Source of the DNA: Actinomycetales bacterium | Lineage (GTDB): Bacteria; Actinomycetota; Actinomycetes; Actinomycetales; Microbacteriaceae | NCBI GenBank assembly: GCA_015655445.1 | Contig: JAATFA010000108.1 | Span: 26,410 to 90,409 of the forward strand | Reading direction: 5' to 3' | Length of the DNA: 64,000 nt | Shown here: positions 19,008 through 27,270 of the stretch, piece after piece | Layout of the letters: each line of letters begins with the position of its first letter | How positions within the stretch are numbered: the stretch's first letter is position 1 | Notes under the pieces: generated by a model | Seen by the model: the letters and a program-made list of their open reading frames with translations, nothing else | What the model was told of the DNA's origin: nothing | Database searches by the model: none | Made by a program: the position numbers and the translations under genes

Positions 19008-19025
19008 ATGCAAATCGTTTTGCAT
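19008..19025. promoter_or_regulatory. LacI-family operator ATGCAAATCGTTTTGCAT (autoregulatory)
   Basis: Palindrome upstream of lacI; matches 17931-17948. Confidence 0.8.
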
Positions 19026-19103
19026 CAACGGACAAGTCATTCTTGCCGGGCCGGCCGCCGCCTGTCAAGCGTCATATGCCGAGTATGCCGCGACCGTCCC
19101 GAC

Positions 19104-19934
19104 TCACTCCGTGCGCGCGGCGACCGAGAGGGCGACCGCGAGGTGGGCCTCGTGCTCGGCGAGGCGCGCGGTGAGCGAGGCGTGGACGTCCTCGTAGGAG
19201 TCGACGCCGAGAGGCAGCCGCAGCGGCATGCGTCCGCTGTCGACGAGGTCGACGATCGCGGCGGCGATCCTGCCGGCGTCGTTCGGGAAGGCGAAGGCGC
19301 CGCCGTCGATCGCACGGCGCACCTCGCCGACCGGGGTCTCCTCATACTCGGGCATGACGGGGCCACGGACGACCGCGTTCGCGAACCCCGTCGGGGTGGC
19401 GCCGGGCTCCACGATCGTCACGCCGATGCCGAACGGCGCGACCTCCATCGCGACGGTCTGGCAGAAGCCCTCGATGCCCCACTTGGCGGCGTGGTACGCG
19501 CTGAAGCCCGGGTAGCTCGTCTGGCCGCCCGCCCTGGAGACCTGGATGATGCGGCCGCCGCGCTGAGCGCGCAGGTGGGGCAGCGCAGCCCGGATGACGC
19601 CGATCGAGCCGAGCAGGTCGACGTCGACGACCTCGCGGATCTGCTCGTCGGTGGCCTCCTCGACGGCGGCGAAGAGCCCGTGACCGGCATTGCTCACGAC
19701 GACGTCGACCTCCCCGAGGGCGGCGAACGCGTCGGCCAGGACCCGGCGTGCGGCGTGCGCGTCGGTGACGTCCAGCCGCGCGGTCCAGAGACGGTCGCCG
19801 TGTGCCGCACGGAGGTCGTCGAGGGCCTCCGGGCGGCGCAGGGTCGCGGCCACGCGGTCGCCGCGGGCGAGGAGCTGCTCGGTGAGGATGCGCCCGAAGC
19901 CGGAGGAGGTGCCCGTGATGAACCAGGTCGTCAT
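19104..19934 (-). CDS. SDR family oxidoreductase
   Basis: WFITGTSSGFG, SNAG, YHAAK, VEPG. Confidence 0.93.
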   Translation of the reverse strand: MTTWFITGTSSGFGRILTEQLLARGDRVAATLRRPEALDDLRAAHGDRLWTARLDVTDAHAARRVLADAFAALGEVDVVVSNAGHGLFAAVEEATDEQIREVVDVDLLGSIGVIRAALPHLRAQRGGRIIQVSRAGGQTSYPGFSAYHAAKWGIEGFCQTVAMEVAPFGIGVTIVEPGATPTGFANAVVRGPVMPEYEETPVGEVRRAIDGGAFAFPNDAGRIAAAIVDLVDSGRMPLRLPLGVDSYEDVHASLTARLAEHEAHLAVALSVAARTE

Positions 19935-19967
19935 GCTGTTCCCGTTCCTTTCGTGCTGGAGGCCTCG

Positions 19968-19998
19968 ACGCTACGACCTCGAGTCGACTCGAAGTCAA
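19968..19998 (-). promoter_or_regulatory. MerR-type promoter for the SDR: TTGACT-19 bp-TAGCGT with dyad GACCTCGAGTCGACTCGAAGTC
   Basis: 19-bp spacer overlapped by a 22-bp dyad, the classic MerR architecture. Confidence 0.8.
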
Positions 19999-20015
19999 GC
20001 CCGTACCCTGGATCC

Positions 20016-20441
20016 ATGACAGCGGGAGCGGGAGCGCGGGCCTTCACGATCGGCGAGGTCAGCGCGCTGACGGGCCTCACGACGCACACGCCGCGGTTCT
20101 ACGAGCAGGAGGGCCTCTTCTTCGCTCCGGTGCGCCGGGACGCTGCCGGACGTCGGCTCTTCACCGACGAGGAGGTCGAGTGGCTGCGCGTGTGCACGAA
20201 GCTGCGCTCCTCGGGCATGCCGCTGCCGGACATCCGCCGCTACGCCCAGCTCGTGCTCGCGGGGCCGGGCAACGAGGAGGAGCGTCTCGCGGTCCTGCGC
20301 GAGCACGAGGAACGCGTGCGACAGCAGGTCGCCGACCTCCAGGACGCCCTCGCCGTCATCCACGACAAGGTCGAGGTCTACCTCGGCCACCTCGCGGCGG
20401 GCACCGCCGACCGGCTCTGGACTGACGGCCCCGAGTGCTGA
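20016..20441 (+). CDS. MerR family regulator
   Basis: FTIGEVSALTGLTTHTPRFYEQEGL, LRSSGMPL.DIR; leaderless TACCCT 6 nt before ATG. Confidence 0.92.
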   Translation: MTAGAGARAFTIGEVSALTGLTTHTPRFYEQEGLFFAPVRRDAAGRRLFTDEEVEWLRVCTKLRSSGMPLPDIRRYAQLVLAGPGNEEERLAVLREHEERVRQQVADLQDALAVIHDKVEVYLGHLAAGTADRLWTDGPEC

Positions 20442-20598
20442 CCGCACGCGTCCGAGTGGTGGCGCGACCGGTGAAGGCCCGAACGCGGGCAGGAGCGCAA
20501 GGGCGCGGCCGGCGGCGCGGGTTCGCGTCGCGGCTGGAGCGGTCGCGGACGGCGCGCGCCCCTCGTGTCCGTCGCCGCGGGCCTCGGGGGAGGACTGC

Positions 20599-20970
20599 TC
20601 AGCCCGCGCTGGCCTCCCCCGGGGGCAGCGACTGCTGCAGGTAGCGGGTGAGCGCGTCGCGGGTCTGCGTGAGGCGGCGCACCTTGTCGTCCATGTCGTC
20701 GCGGAGGGCCGCGATGCGCTGCGCGAGCGCCGAGCACTCCCCGGCCACGGGCCCGCCCTCGCCCGTGCACGGCAGGATCCGCTCGATGAGCGCGGTCGGG
20801 AAGCCGAGGTCGAGCAGCGAGCGGATCGTGCGCACTGCGTCGACCGCGGACGCGTCGTACTCGCGGTACCCGTTGGGCTGGCGCCTCGAATGGATGAGGC
20901 CGTGCGCCTCGTAGTACCGCAACGACCTCGGGCTCGCGCCGGTGGCTTCGCTCAGCTCGCCGATCCTCAT
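20599..20970 (-). CDS. MerR family regulator
   Basis: MRIGELSEATGASPRSLRYYEAHGL...NGYREY. Confidence 0.93.
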   Translation of the reverse strand: MRIGELSEATGASPRSLRYYEAHGLIHSRRQPNGYREYDASAVDAVRTIRSLLDLGFPTALIERILPCTGEGGPVAGECSALAQRIAALRDDMDDKVRRLTQTRDALTRYLQQSLPPGEASAG

Positions 20971-20987
20971 CGCGCACCCCCGCCGGC

Positions 20988-21019
20988 TTGACCTTGACAC
21001 TGACGTCATAGTTTACCGT
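20988..21019 (+). promoter_or_regulatory. MerR-type promoter: TTGACC-20 bp-TACCGT with TGAC-N6-GTCA dyad
   Basis: Extended spacer with a dyad, between MerR and the epimerase. Confidence 0.65.
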
Positions 21020-21072
21020 CGCGCTGTCGATCCCGTCAGGCCCGCGACCGGGGCCCGAGAGCAGGAGGAAGC

Positions 21073-21981
21073 ATGAGGATCTTCGTCACCGGCGGCACCG
21101 GATATTTCGGCTCGACGCTCGTCGAGCACCTCGTCGCGGCAGGCCACGCCGTGACCGGGCTCGCCCGGTCCGACCGCTCCGCGGAGGCGCTCGAGAGCGC
21201 GGGGGCGACTCCCGTCCGGGGCGCTCTCGCCGACACGGCGGTGCTGGAGGAGGAGGCGGCACGGGCCGACGCGACCGTGCATGCCGCGGTCGACTACGCG
21301 ATGACGGAGGAGTCGGAGGCGACCGAGCTCGCGGCGGTCTCGGCGCTCGTGCGGGGCGCGGCGGCCGCGGGCGCGGGGACACCCGTCCTCTACACGAGCA
21401 CGGGTCTCGTGTACGGCTTCGATCCCGCGCAGGACCGTACCGAGGAGGCGGAGCTGCCCGCGGCGAGCGCGCAGCCCATGAAAGCGGCGGCCGAGCGCGT
21501 CGTGCGGGAGGCGCCCGGGATCACGGCGATCGTGTTCCGGCCGGGACTCATCTATGGGCGCGGGGGATCGGGCCTCGTGACCGGCCTCATCGGGTCCGCG
21601 TCCGCGAGCGGCGTCGCGACGTACGTGGGCGACGGCTCGCACGCGTGGACGCCCGTGCACGTCGACGACCTCGCTGACCTGTATGTCCGCGCGCTCGAGC
21701 ACCCCGTGGCGGGCGTCTACAACGCCGCCGGGCCGCACCCGTTCGCCTTCCGGGAGCTCGCGGAGGCGATCGCAGCCCTGGCCGGGACGAGCGTCGCCTC
21801 GGTGCCGCTCGACGCCGCGCGGGACGTCCTCGGACCGCTGGCCCTCGTGCTCGCGGCGCCGGGCGCGATGTCGGCGGAGAAGGCCGCGAGGACGTTCGGC
21901 TGGAGGCCGGGCCGCCCCTCGCTGCTCGAGGACGTGCGCAGCGGCAGCTACTCCGCGCGAGCCGGCAGCCGACCTCGATGA
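21073..21981 (+). CDS. NAD-dependent epimerase/dehydratase (extended SDR)
   Basis: MRIFVTGGTGYFG, RPGLIYG, VHVDDLADLY. Confidence 0.92.
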   Translation: MRIFVTGGTGYFGSTLVEHLVAAGHAVTGLARSDRSAEALESAGATPVRGALADTAVLEEEAARADATVHAAVDYAMTEESEATELAAVSALVRGAAAAGAGTPVLYTSTGLVYGFDPAQDRTEEAELPAASAQPMKAAAERVVREAPGITAIVFRPGLIYGRGGSGLVTGLIGSASASGVATYVGDGSHAWTPVHVDDLADLYVRALEHPVAGVYNAAGPHPFAFRELAEAIAALAGTSVASVPLDAARDVLGPLALVLAAPGAMSAEKAARTFGWRPGRPSLLEDVRSGSYSARAGSRPR

Positions 21982-22040
21982 GAGGCGCGCCGTCGAATCG
22001 GCCGATGGGGGAGGGCCGGTTCGACGGCGCGCGGACTCCA

Positions 22041-22331
22041 GACTGAGGGGGTTTCTGGCGTCCTTGCGCGACCAGTCTCTCGCGTTTGCCTGCGAGCCGG
22101 GCGCGCGACACCTTCGAGTGTCCCCATGATGCGGCTGGGGAGGAGCAGTCGCCGTCACCTGTCAGGCGGGCGCAGCGATGGGTTGCATGCAGCGACGAGC
22201 CGCGTGCAGGGACAGGGGCGCCGCCGGGGCGATGGGGCCGTGGGGCGGCGCCCCCAGGTGGAACGCCAGGTCTCTGTGGGTCACCGCGTTCCCCCCGCTA
22301 GGAGAGGATGGGGCAGGAGGACTTCTCAGTC
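22041..22331 (+). ncRNA. Candidate ~290-nt structured non-coding RNA (unassigned family)
   Basis: Terminal stem GACTGAGGGGGTTT.../...AGGACTTCTCAGTC with G:U pairs, plus several internal hairpins; no credible ORF. Confidence 0.35.
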
Positions 22332-22478
22332 AAGGGCCGAGTGAGGAATCCTGGGAGGCGGCTGGGGAGCATGCTCGCGGGGGATCGCCGCCGTGGTCCC
22401 TGTTCGTCCGCACGCGCCGTGCGCCGCATGACCGGCGCGCCGGTCGCGACGTCGTGCGGGGACGGTAGATTCCTCGGC

Positions 22479-23891
22479 ATGGCGGAACGGAGCGCACTCG
22501 CCTCGCAGTCGAGCGACTTCCCGCGGTGGTACCAGGATGTCGTGGCCAAGGCAGAGCTCGCCGAGAACGGTCCCGTGCGCGGGACCATGGTCATCCGGCC
22601 CTACGGATACGCCGTCTGGGAGCGGATGCAGGAGGAGATGAACCGGCGGATCAAGGACGCCGGCGCGCAGAACGCGTACTTCCCGCTCTTAATCCCGCAG
22701 GGTTATCTGAGCCGCGAGGCCGAGCACGTCGAGGGCTTCAGCCCGGAGCTGGCCGTGGTCACGCACGCCGGCGGCAAGGAGCTGGAGGAGCCGATCGTGG
22801 TGCGTCCGACCTCCGAGACGGTCGTCGGAGAGTACATGGCGAAGTGGGTGAGCTCCTACCGCGACCTGCCGCTGCTGCTCAACCAGTGGGCGAACGTCGT
22901 GCGGAGGGAGCTGCGCCCGCGGCTGTTCCTGCGCACGAGCGAGTTCCTCTGGCAGGAGGGCCACACGGCGCACGCGGACCGCGACGACGCAGCGGCGTAC
23001 GCGGCGCGCATCCATCGTGAGGTCTACGAGCGCTTCATGACGGAGGTGCTCGCGATGCCCGTCGTGCGCGGGCGCAAGACGCCCCGGGAGCGGTTCGCCG
23101 GCGCGATCAACACGCTCACGCTCGAGGGCATGATGCGAGACGGCAAGGCGCTGCAGATGGGCACCTCGCACGAGCTGGGCCAGAACTTCGCCCGTGCGTT
23201 CGGCATCCGCTACTCCTCGCCGAGCGGTCGGCACGAGCTGTGCTGGACGACGTCGTGGGGCACCTCGACGCGCATGCTCGGCGGCCTCATCATGGCCCAC
23301 GGGGACGACGCCGGGCTCGTCCTGCCCCCCAGGCTCGCCCCTGTGCAGGCGCTCGTGCTCGTCGTCAAGGACGGCGAGGGCGTGCGCGAGGCCGCCGCGC
23401 GGACGGTCGCCGCCGTCGCCGACGCGGGCGTGCGCGTGGAGCTGGACGAGAGCGTCGACACGAGCTACGGACGCCGGGCCGTCGACGCCGAGCTGAAGGG
23501 CATCCCGGTGCGCGTCGAGATCGGGCCCCGCGACGTGTCCGCGGGCGAGGCGACGGTCGTGCGGCGGATCGGCGGCGGCAGGCAGCGGCTGCCGCTCGCC
23601 GGCGTGGCCTCCGTCGTGACCGAGGCGCTCGACGCCGACCAGCGGGCGCTGTTCGACCGCGCCGTGCGGTTCCGCGACGACCGGACCGCCGACGTCGAGA
23701 CGATCGACGCGGCGCGTGAGGCCGCGTCCACGGGCTTCGCGCGCGTGCCGTGGGCCGTGCTCGGCCGGGAGGGCGAGCGCTCGCTCGCCGAGTCCGGGAT
23801 CACCGTCCGGTGTCTCACGCGCCCGGACGGCGAGGTGCCGGACGGCGACGACGAGCCGGACGCCCTCGCGGTCGTCGCGCGCGCGTACTGA
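22479..23891 (+). CDS. proS: Proline--tRNA ligase, archaeal/eukaryote-type (no INS editing domain)
   Basis: GTMVIRPYG, HVEGFSPE, RPTSET, FLRTSEFLWQEGHT, LQMGTSHELGQNF, SWGTSTR, C-terminal ARAY. ATG at 22479 lies 7 nt after -10 TAGATT. Confidence 0.95.
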   Translation: MAERSALASQSSDFPRWYQDVVAKAELAENGPVRGTMVIRPYGYAVWERMQEEMNRRIKDAGAQNAYFPLLIPQGYLSREAEHVEGFSPELAVVTHAGGKELEEPIVVRPTSETVVGEYMAKWVSSYRDLPLLLNQWANVVRRELRPRLFLRTSEFLWQEGHTAHADRDDAAAYAARIHREVYERFMTEVLAMPVVRGRKTPRERFAGAINTLTLEGMMRDGKALQMGTSHELGQNFARAFGIRYSSPSGRHELCWTTSWGTSTRMLGGLIMAHGDDAGLVLPPRLAPVQALVLVVKDGEGVREAAARTVAAVADAGVRVELDESVDTSYGRRAVDAELKGIPVRVEIGPRDVSAGEATVVRRIGGGRQRLPLAGVASVVTEALDADQRALFDRAVRFRDDRTADVETIDAAREAASTGFARVPWAVLGREGERSLAESGITVRCLTRPDGEVPDGDDEPDALAVVARAY

Positions 23892-23950
23892 CGCTCCCGG
23901 TCGGCGGCGCGGTGCCGGTCATGCGGCGGACCCGTCATCCGGCGTGTGGT

Positions 23951-24640
23951 TCATCCGGCCGGCGGCGTGCGGGTCGTCCGGCCCGCGGCGTGCGGGTCGC
24001 CCGGTCGGGGCCTGCGGGTCGTCGCGATGCCCTCGAGCACGATGCCCAGCATGCGCTCGAAGCGCGCATCGGCGTCTCCGTGCGCCATGACCTCGCCGGA
24101 GGCCGCGACGAGGGGATGCTCGGCGGCGCCGACGCGCTCGTCCCGGGCGGCGAGGGCGTAGCGGTCGTCGGGAGCCTGCGCCCTCGCCTGCTCCTCGATG
24201 CAGTGCCCGATCACGAAGGACGTGAGGATCGCGAACCCCTCCGTCGTGGCCCGCACCGGGAAGCCCTGCCCCTGCATCCAGGCGAGGCCGTCCTCCTGCG
24301 ATCGGAGCACGGCGGCGTCCGTGAGGAAGGTGCCGCTGAACACGCGCGCGCCGTCGCGATGGGCGAGGAGGGCACGGCGGGCGATGCGTGCGTAGCCCGC
24401 GAACGCCCCCCGCCAGTCCGCCCATGTCGTGCGCGCGGCCGTCTCGGACACCTCGCGCCACACGCGCGTGCCCATCTCGTCGAGCATGTCCTGCTTGTCG
24501 CGCATGTGCCAATACAGCGCGGGCGCCTTGACGCCGAGGCGCTCGGCGACCGCGCGCAGCGTGAGCCCCTCCATGCCGACCTCGTCGAGCACCTCGAAGG
24601 CAGCGTCGACGATCGCCGCCGTGCTCACGCCCTTCGCCAC
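23951..24640 (-). CDS. TetR family regulator (TetR_C-type)
   Basis: LTLRAVAERLGVKAPALYWH; LLAHRDGAR. Confidence 0.93.
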   Translation of the reverse strand: MAKGVSTAAIVDAAFEVLDEVGMEGLTLRAVAERLGVKAPALYWHMRDKQDMLDEMGTRVWREVSETAARTTWADWRGAFAGYARIARRALLAHRDGARVFSGTFLTDAAVLRSQEDGLAWMQGQGFPVRATTEGFAILTSFVIGHCIEEQARAQAPDDRYALAARDERVGAAEHPLVAASGEVMAHGDADARFERMLGIVLEGIATTRRPRPGDPHAAGRTTRTPPAG

Positions 24641-24649
24641 GGTTGACAG

Positions 24650-24705
24650 CTTAACGCTATTAAGGAGACACTGGTCGCCGTCCCAGATTAACGAGATTAA
24701 GGAGA
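24650..24705. promoter_or_regulatory. Twin TetR operators TTAACG-NN-ATTAAGGAGA
   Basis: Direct repeat at 24651-24668 and 24688-24705, each TTAA-N5-TTAA; the second overlaps the RBS. Confidence 0.75.
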
Positions 24706-24710
24706 AGGTC

Positions 24711-25655
24711 ATGAAGGCTGCGATCGTGGACGAGCCGGGGGCGGTGCCGCGCTGCGGCGAGTTCGCGGACCCCGAGCCGGGGGATGGCGAGAGCGTCATG
24801 GACATGCTCGCGGCCGGCCTGCATCCCGTCGTGCGCCGCCTCGTCGCGGGCGGTCACTACGGAAGCGACGGCTCCTACCCGCGCATCCCCGGCGTCGACT
24901 GCGTCGCGCGCGACGCCGACGGCGTGGCGCGCTACGCGGGCTTCGTCCGCGCGCCGTGGGGCACCGTCGCGGAGCGGATCGCCGCGCGCATGGGGGTGCC
25001 GATCCCCGAGGGCGCCGACCCGGCCCTCATCGCCGCCGCCCTCAACCCGGGTCTCAGCTCGTGGATGCCCCTCACCGCACGCGCCGCGGAGACGGGCGGC
25101 CTCGGCACGGTCGTCGTCGTCGGCGCGACGGGCGTCGCGGGACGCGTCGCCGTGCAGAACGCGCTCGCGCTCGGCGCCGACCGCGTCATCGGCCTCGGCC
25201 GCGACAGCGAGAGGCTCGCGGAGGTCGCGCGCCTCGGGGGCGTTCCCGTGCCCCTCGAGCGTGGCCCCGAGGGCCTCGCTCGCGCCCTCGGCGGATCCGC
25301 GCCCTCGCTCATCCTCGATCTCGTGTGGGGTCCCGCCGCGGAGCTCGTGTGGGACGCCCTCGCCGGGCACGGCCTCGAGGAGGACGAGGCGGACATCCTC
25401 CACGTCCAAATCGGGGATGCCGCGGGCCCTCGCGCCGCGCTTCCCGCGGCGCTGCTGCGCAGCCGGCGCATCGCGTTGCGCGGATCCGGCGCAGGCTCCG
25501 CGTCCGTCGCCGACATCGTCGCGCAGCTCCCCGTCTACATGAGGAGGGTCGCGGACGGCGACGTGGTCGTGCCGATCCGCGTGTTCCCCCTCGCTCGCAT
25601 CGAGGAGGCGTGGAACCACGCGGGGCCCGAGCGCGCGGTCGTCGTGCCCGCGTGA
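24711..25655 (+). CDS. Zinc-independent MDR / quinone oxidoreductase-like protein
   Basis: AGGHYGS...IPGVD, NPGLSSW, VVGATGVAG. Confidence 0.88.
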   Translation: MKAAIVDEPGAVPRCGEFADPEPGDGESVMDMLAAGLHPVVRRLVAGGHYGSDGSYPRIPGVDCVARDADGVARYAGFVRAPWGTVAERIAARMGVPIPEGADPALIAAALNPGLSSWMPLTARAAETGGLGTVVVVGATGVAGRVAVQNALALGADRVIGLGRDSERLAEVARLGGVPVPLERGPEGLARALGGSAPSLILDLVWGPAAELVWDALAGHGLEEDEADILHVQIGDAAGPRAALPAALLRSRRIALRGSGAGSASVADIVAQLPVYMRRVADGDVVVPIRVFPLARIEEAWNHAGPERAVVVPA

Positions 25656-25694
25656 GCGAGTCCGCCGCCCCCGCCCCGTCTCGCTCCCGGTCGC

Positions 25695-26657
25695 TCAGGG
25701 GATGAGCACGAGCCGCTCGCCGGGGGCCTCCGGCCGCTGCCACTCCTCCTCGACGCGCGCGAGGGGCGCGGTGCGCGGGATGACGCCGATGCGACCCGCG
25801 TCGATCTCGTCGGCGAGCGCGGGGAGCTCGGCGACGTAGGCACGCGCCGAGACGGAGCCCTGCCCGCTGCCCACGAGGCGCAGCGCGGCCGAGCGCAGCG
25901 CCGCGGAGGGCAGCGCGATGGTGGGGCCCGCGACGGAGCCGATCTCGATCCAGTCGAGCGGCCGGCTGCGATCCGAGCGCCCCATGAGGAGTGCGACGAT
26001 CGCCTGCTCGGTTGGCGGCCCCCACACGTAGTCGAGCACGACGTCGATCTCGGAGGCGGCCGCGGCGAGAGCGCGCGCCGTCGCGTCGGCGTCGTCGGTG
26101 AGCTGCACGACCTCGTCCGCCCCGATCGCCAGGAGCGCGTCGAGGCGCTCCCGGTCCCGGCCGGCGCCGACGACGCGACCCTCGCCAAGGAGCTTGGCGA
26201 CGCGCACGGCCATCGTGCCGGCGGTTCCCGTCGCGCCGAGCACGAGCACGCTCTGCCCGGGCTGCAGCGACACGCGGCGGCGCAGGGCGACCCACGACGA
26301 CATGGCGGGGTTCATCGCCGCGGCGATGCGCGCGACGTCGGCGTCGCGGGGGAGCTCGACCGTGCGCGCGGGGCTCGCGACGGCTCTCTCGGCCATCGTG
26401 CCCTCGTCGTCCTCGGCCACGAAGTAGACGAGCGTGCCGTCCGGGCGCCGGCCCACGCCGTCGACGCCCGGGACGAGCGGAAGCCGCCCGCTGCTCGTGT
26501 AATGCCTGCCGGCGGCGCCGGACCTCGTGCGCGGGTGCACTCCCACGGCGAGCACGTCGAGCAGCATGTCCCCCTCGCGCGGCTGCGGCGCGGCGACCGT
26601 CCGATAGTGCGGCGGCTCGTCGAACGACGTGACGACGGCTGCGTGCATGCTCTCCAT
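25695..26657 (-). CDS. Zinc-independent MDR / quinone oxidoreductase-like protein (paralog)
   Basis: AGRHYTS...VPGVDGVG, NPAMSSW, LGATGTAG, LDYVWG. Confidence 0.88.
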   Translation of the reverse strand: MESMHAAVVTSFDEPPHYRTVAAPQPREGDMLLDVLAVGVHPRTRSGAAGRHYTSSGRLPLVPGVDGVGRRPDGTLVYFVAEDDEGTMAERAVASPARTVELPRDADVARIAAAMNPAMSSWVALRRRVSLQPGQSVLVLGATGTAGTMAVRVAKLLGEGRVVGAGRDRERLDALLAIGADEVVQLTDDADATARALAAAASEIDVVLDYVWGPPTEQAIVALLMGRSDRSRPLDWIEIGSVAGPTIALPSAALRSAALRLVGSGQGSVSARAYVAELPALADEIDAGRIGVIPRTAPLARVEEEWQRPEAPGERLVLIP

Positions 26658-26688
26658 CCCGACCTCTCTCCTCGCCCATCCGGGCAAT

Positions 26689-26729
26689 CTAGTTGGTGGC
26701 GCAAACAATATAGTTGGTTCCACCTACTA
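26689..26729. promoter_or_regulatory. Candidate tandem MarR operators (TAGTTGGT repeated)
   Basis: tagttggtggcgcaaacaata then tagttggttccacctacta, in the AT-rich divergent gap. Confidence 0.55.
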
Positions 26730-26748
26730 AATCCAGTACGGTGGGGGA

Positions 26749-27261
26749 ATGGTCGCGTCCGCCTCGCCCGCCTCCTCGCCCGACCCGCGTGAGCCGCCGC
26801 CGCCCGCGCGGGAGCTGAGCCCCGTCGACGGGCTCGCCCAGCTCTCCTTCCTCGTGCACGGCCTGCTCGAGCGGCGGGCGGCCGAGCACGAGCTCTCGAT
26901 CACGCAGACGCGGCTCCTCGCGATCCTGCGCGACCGCACGCCCACGATGAACGAGCTCGCTCGCGTGCTCGGACTCGACAAGTCGAGCGTCACGGGCCTC
27001 GTCGACCGCGCCGAGCGTCGCGGGCTCGTCGCGCGCGGTCCGTCCGCCGCGGATCGCCGCGCCGTGCTCGTCGCGCTCACCGACGCCGGGCGCGCGCTCG
27101 TCGCGGCCGCCGCCGCGCGCTTCGAGGAGGACGTCGCCGCGCTGCTCGACCCGCTGCCGGCGAGCGAGCGGGACGAGCTCGCACGCCTCCTCACGCGCCT
27201 CCTCGTCGCGCGCGCAGCGGAGCAGGGGCTCGACCTCTTTCCGTCGTCGGGGCGCCCCTAG
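26749..27261 (+). CDS. MarR family regulator
   Basis: MNELARVLGLDKSSVTGLVDRAERRGLV...DRRAVLVALTDAG. Confidence 0.93.
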   Translation: MVASASPASSPDPREPPPPARELSPVDGLAQLSFLVHGLLERRAAEHELSITQTRLLAILRDRTPTMNELARVLGLDKSSVTGLVDRAERRGLVARGPSAADRRAVLVALTDAGRALVAAAAARFEEDVAALLDPLPASERDELARLLTRLLVARAAEQGLDLFPSSGRP

Positions 27262-27270
27262 ACTTCCGAT

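Noticed and set aside
22255-22272. T-box riboswitch upstream of proS (AGGTGGAACGCC)
   Set aside because: It deviates from UGGNACC, no stem I motifs were recognised, it lies ~210 nt from the start, and proS has a leaderless -10.
22030-22335. IS200/IS605 omega/HEARO RNA, suggested by CCAGACTGAG and CTTCTCAGTC
   Set aside because: Only short word matches; no IscB/TnpB gene or transposon end is adjacent.
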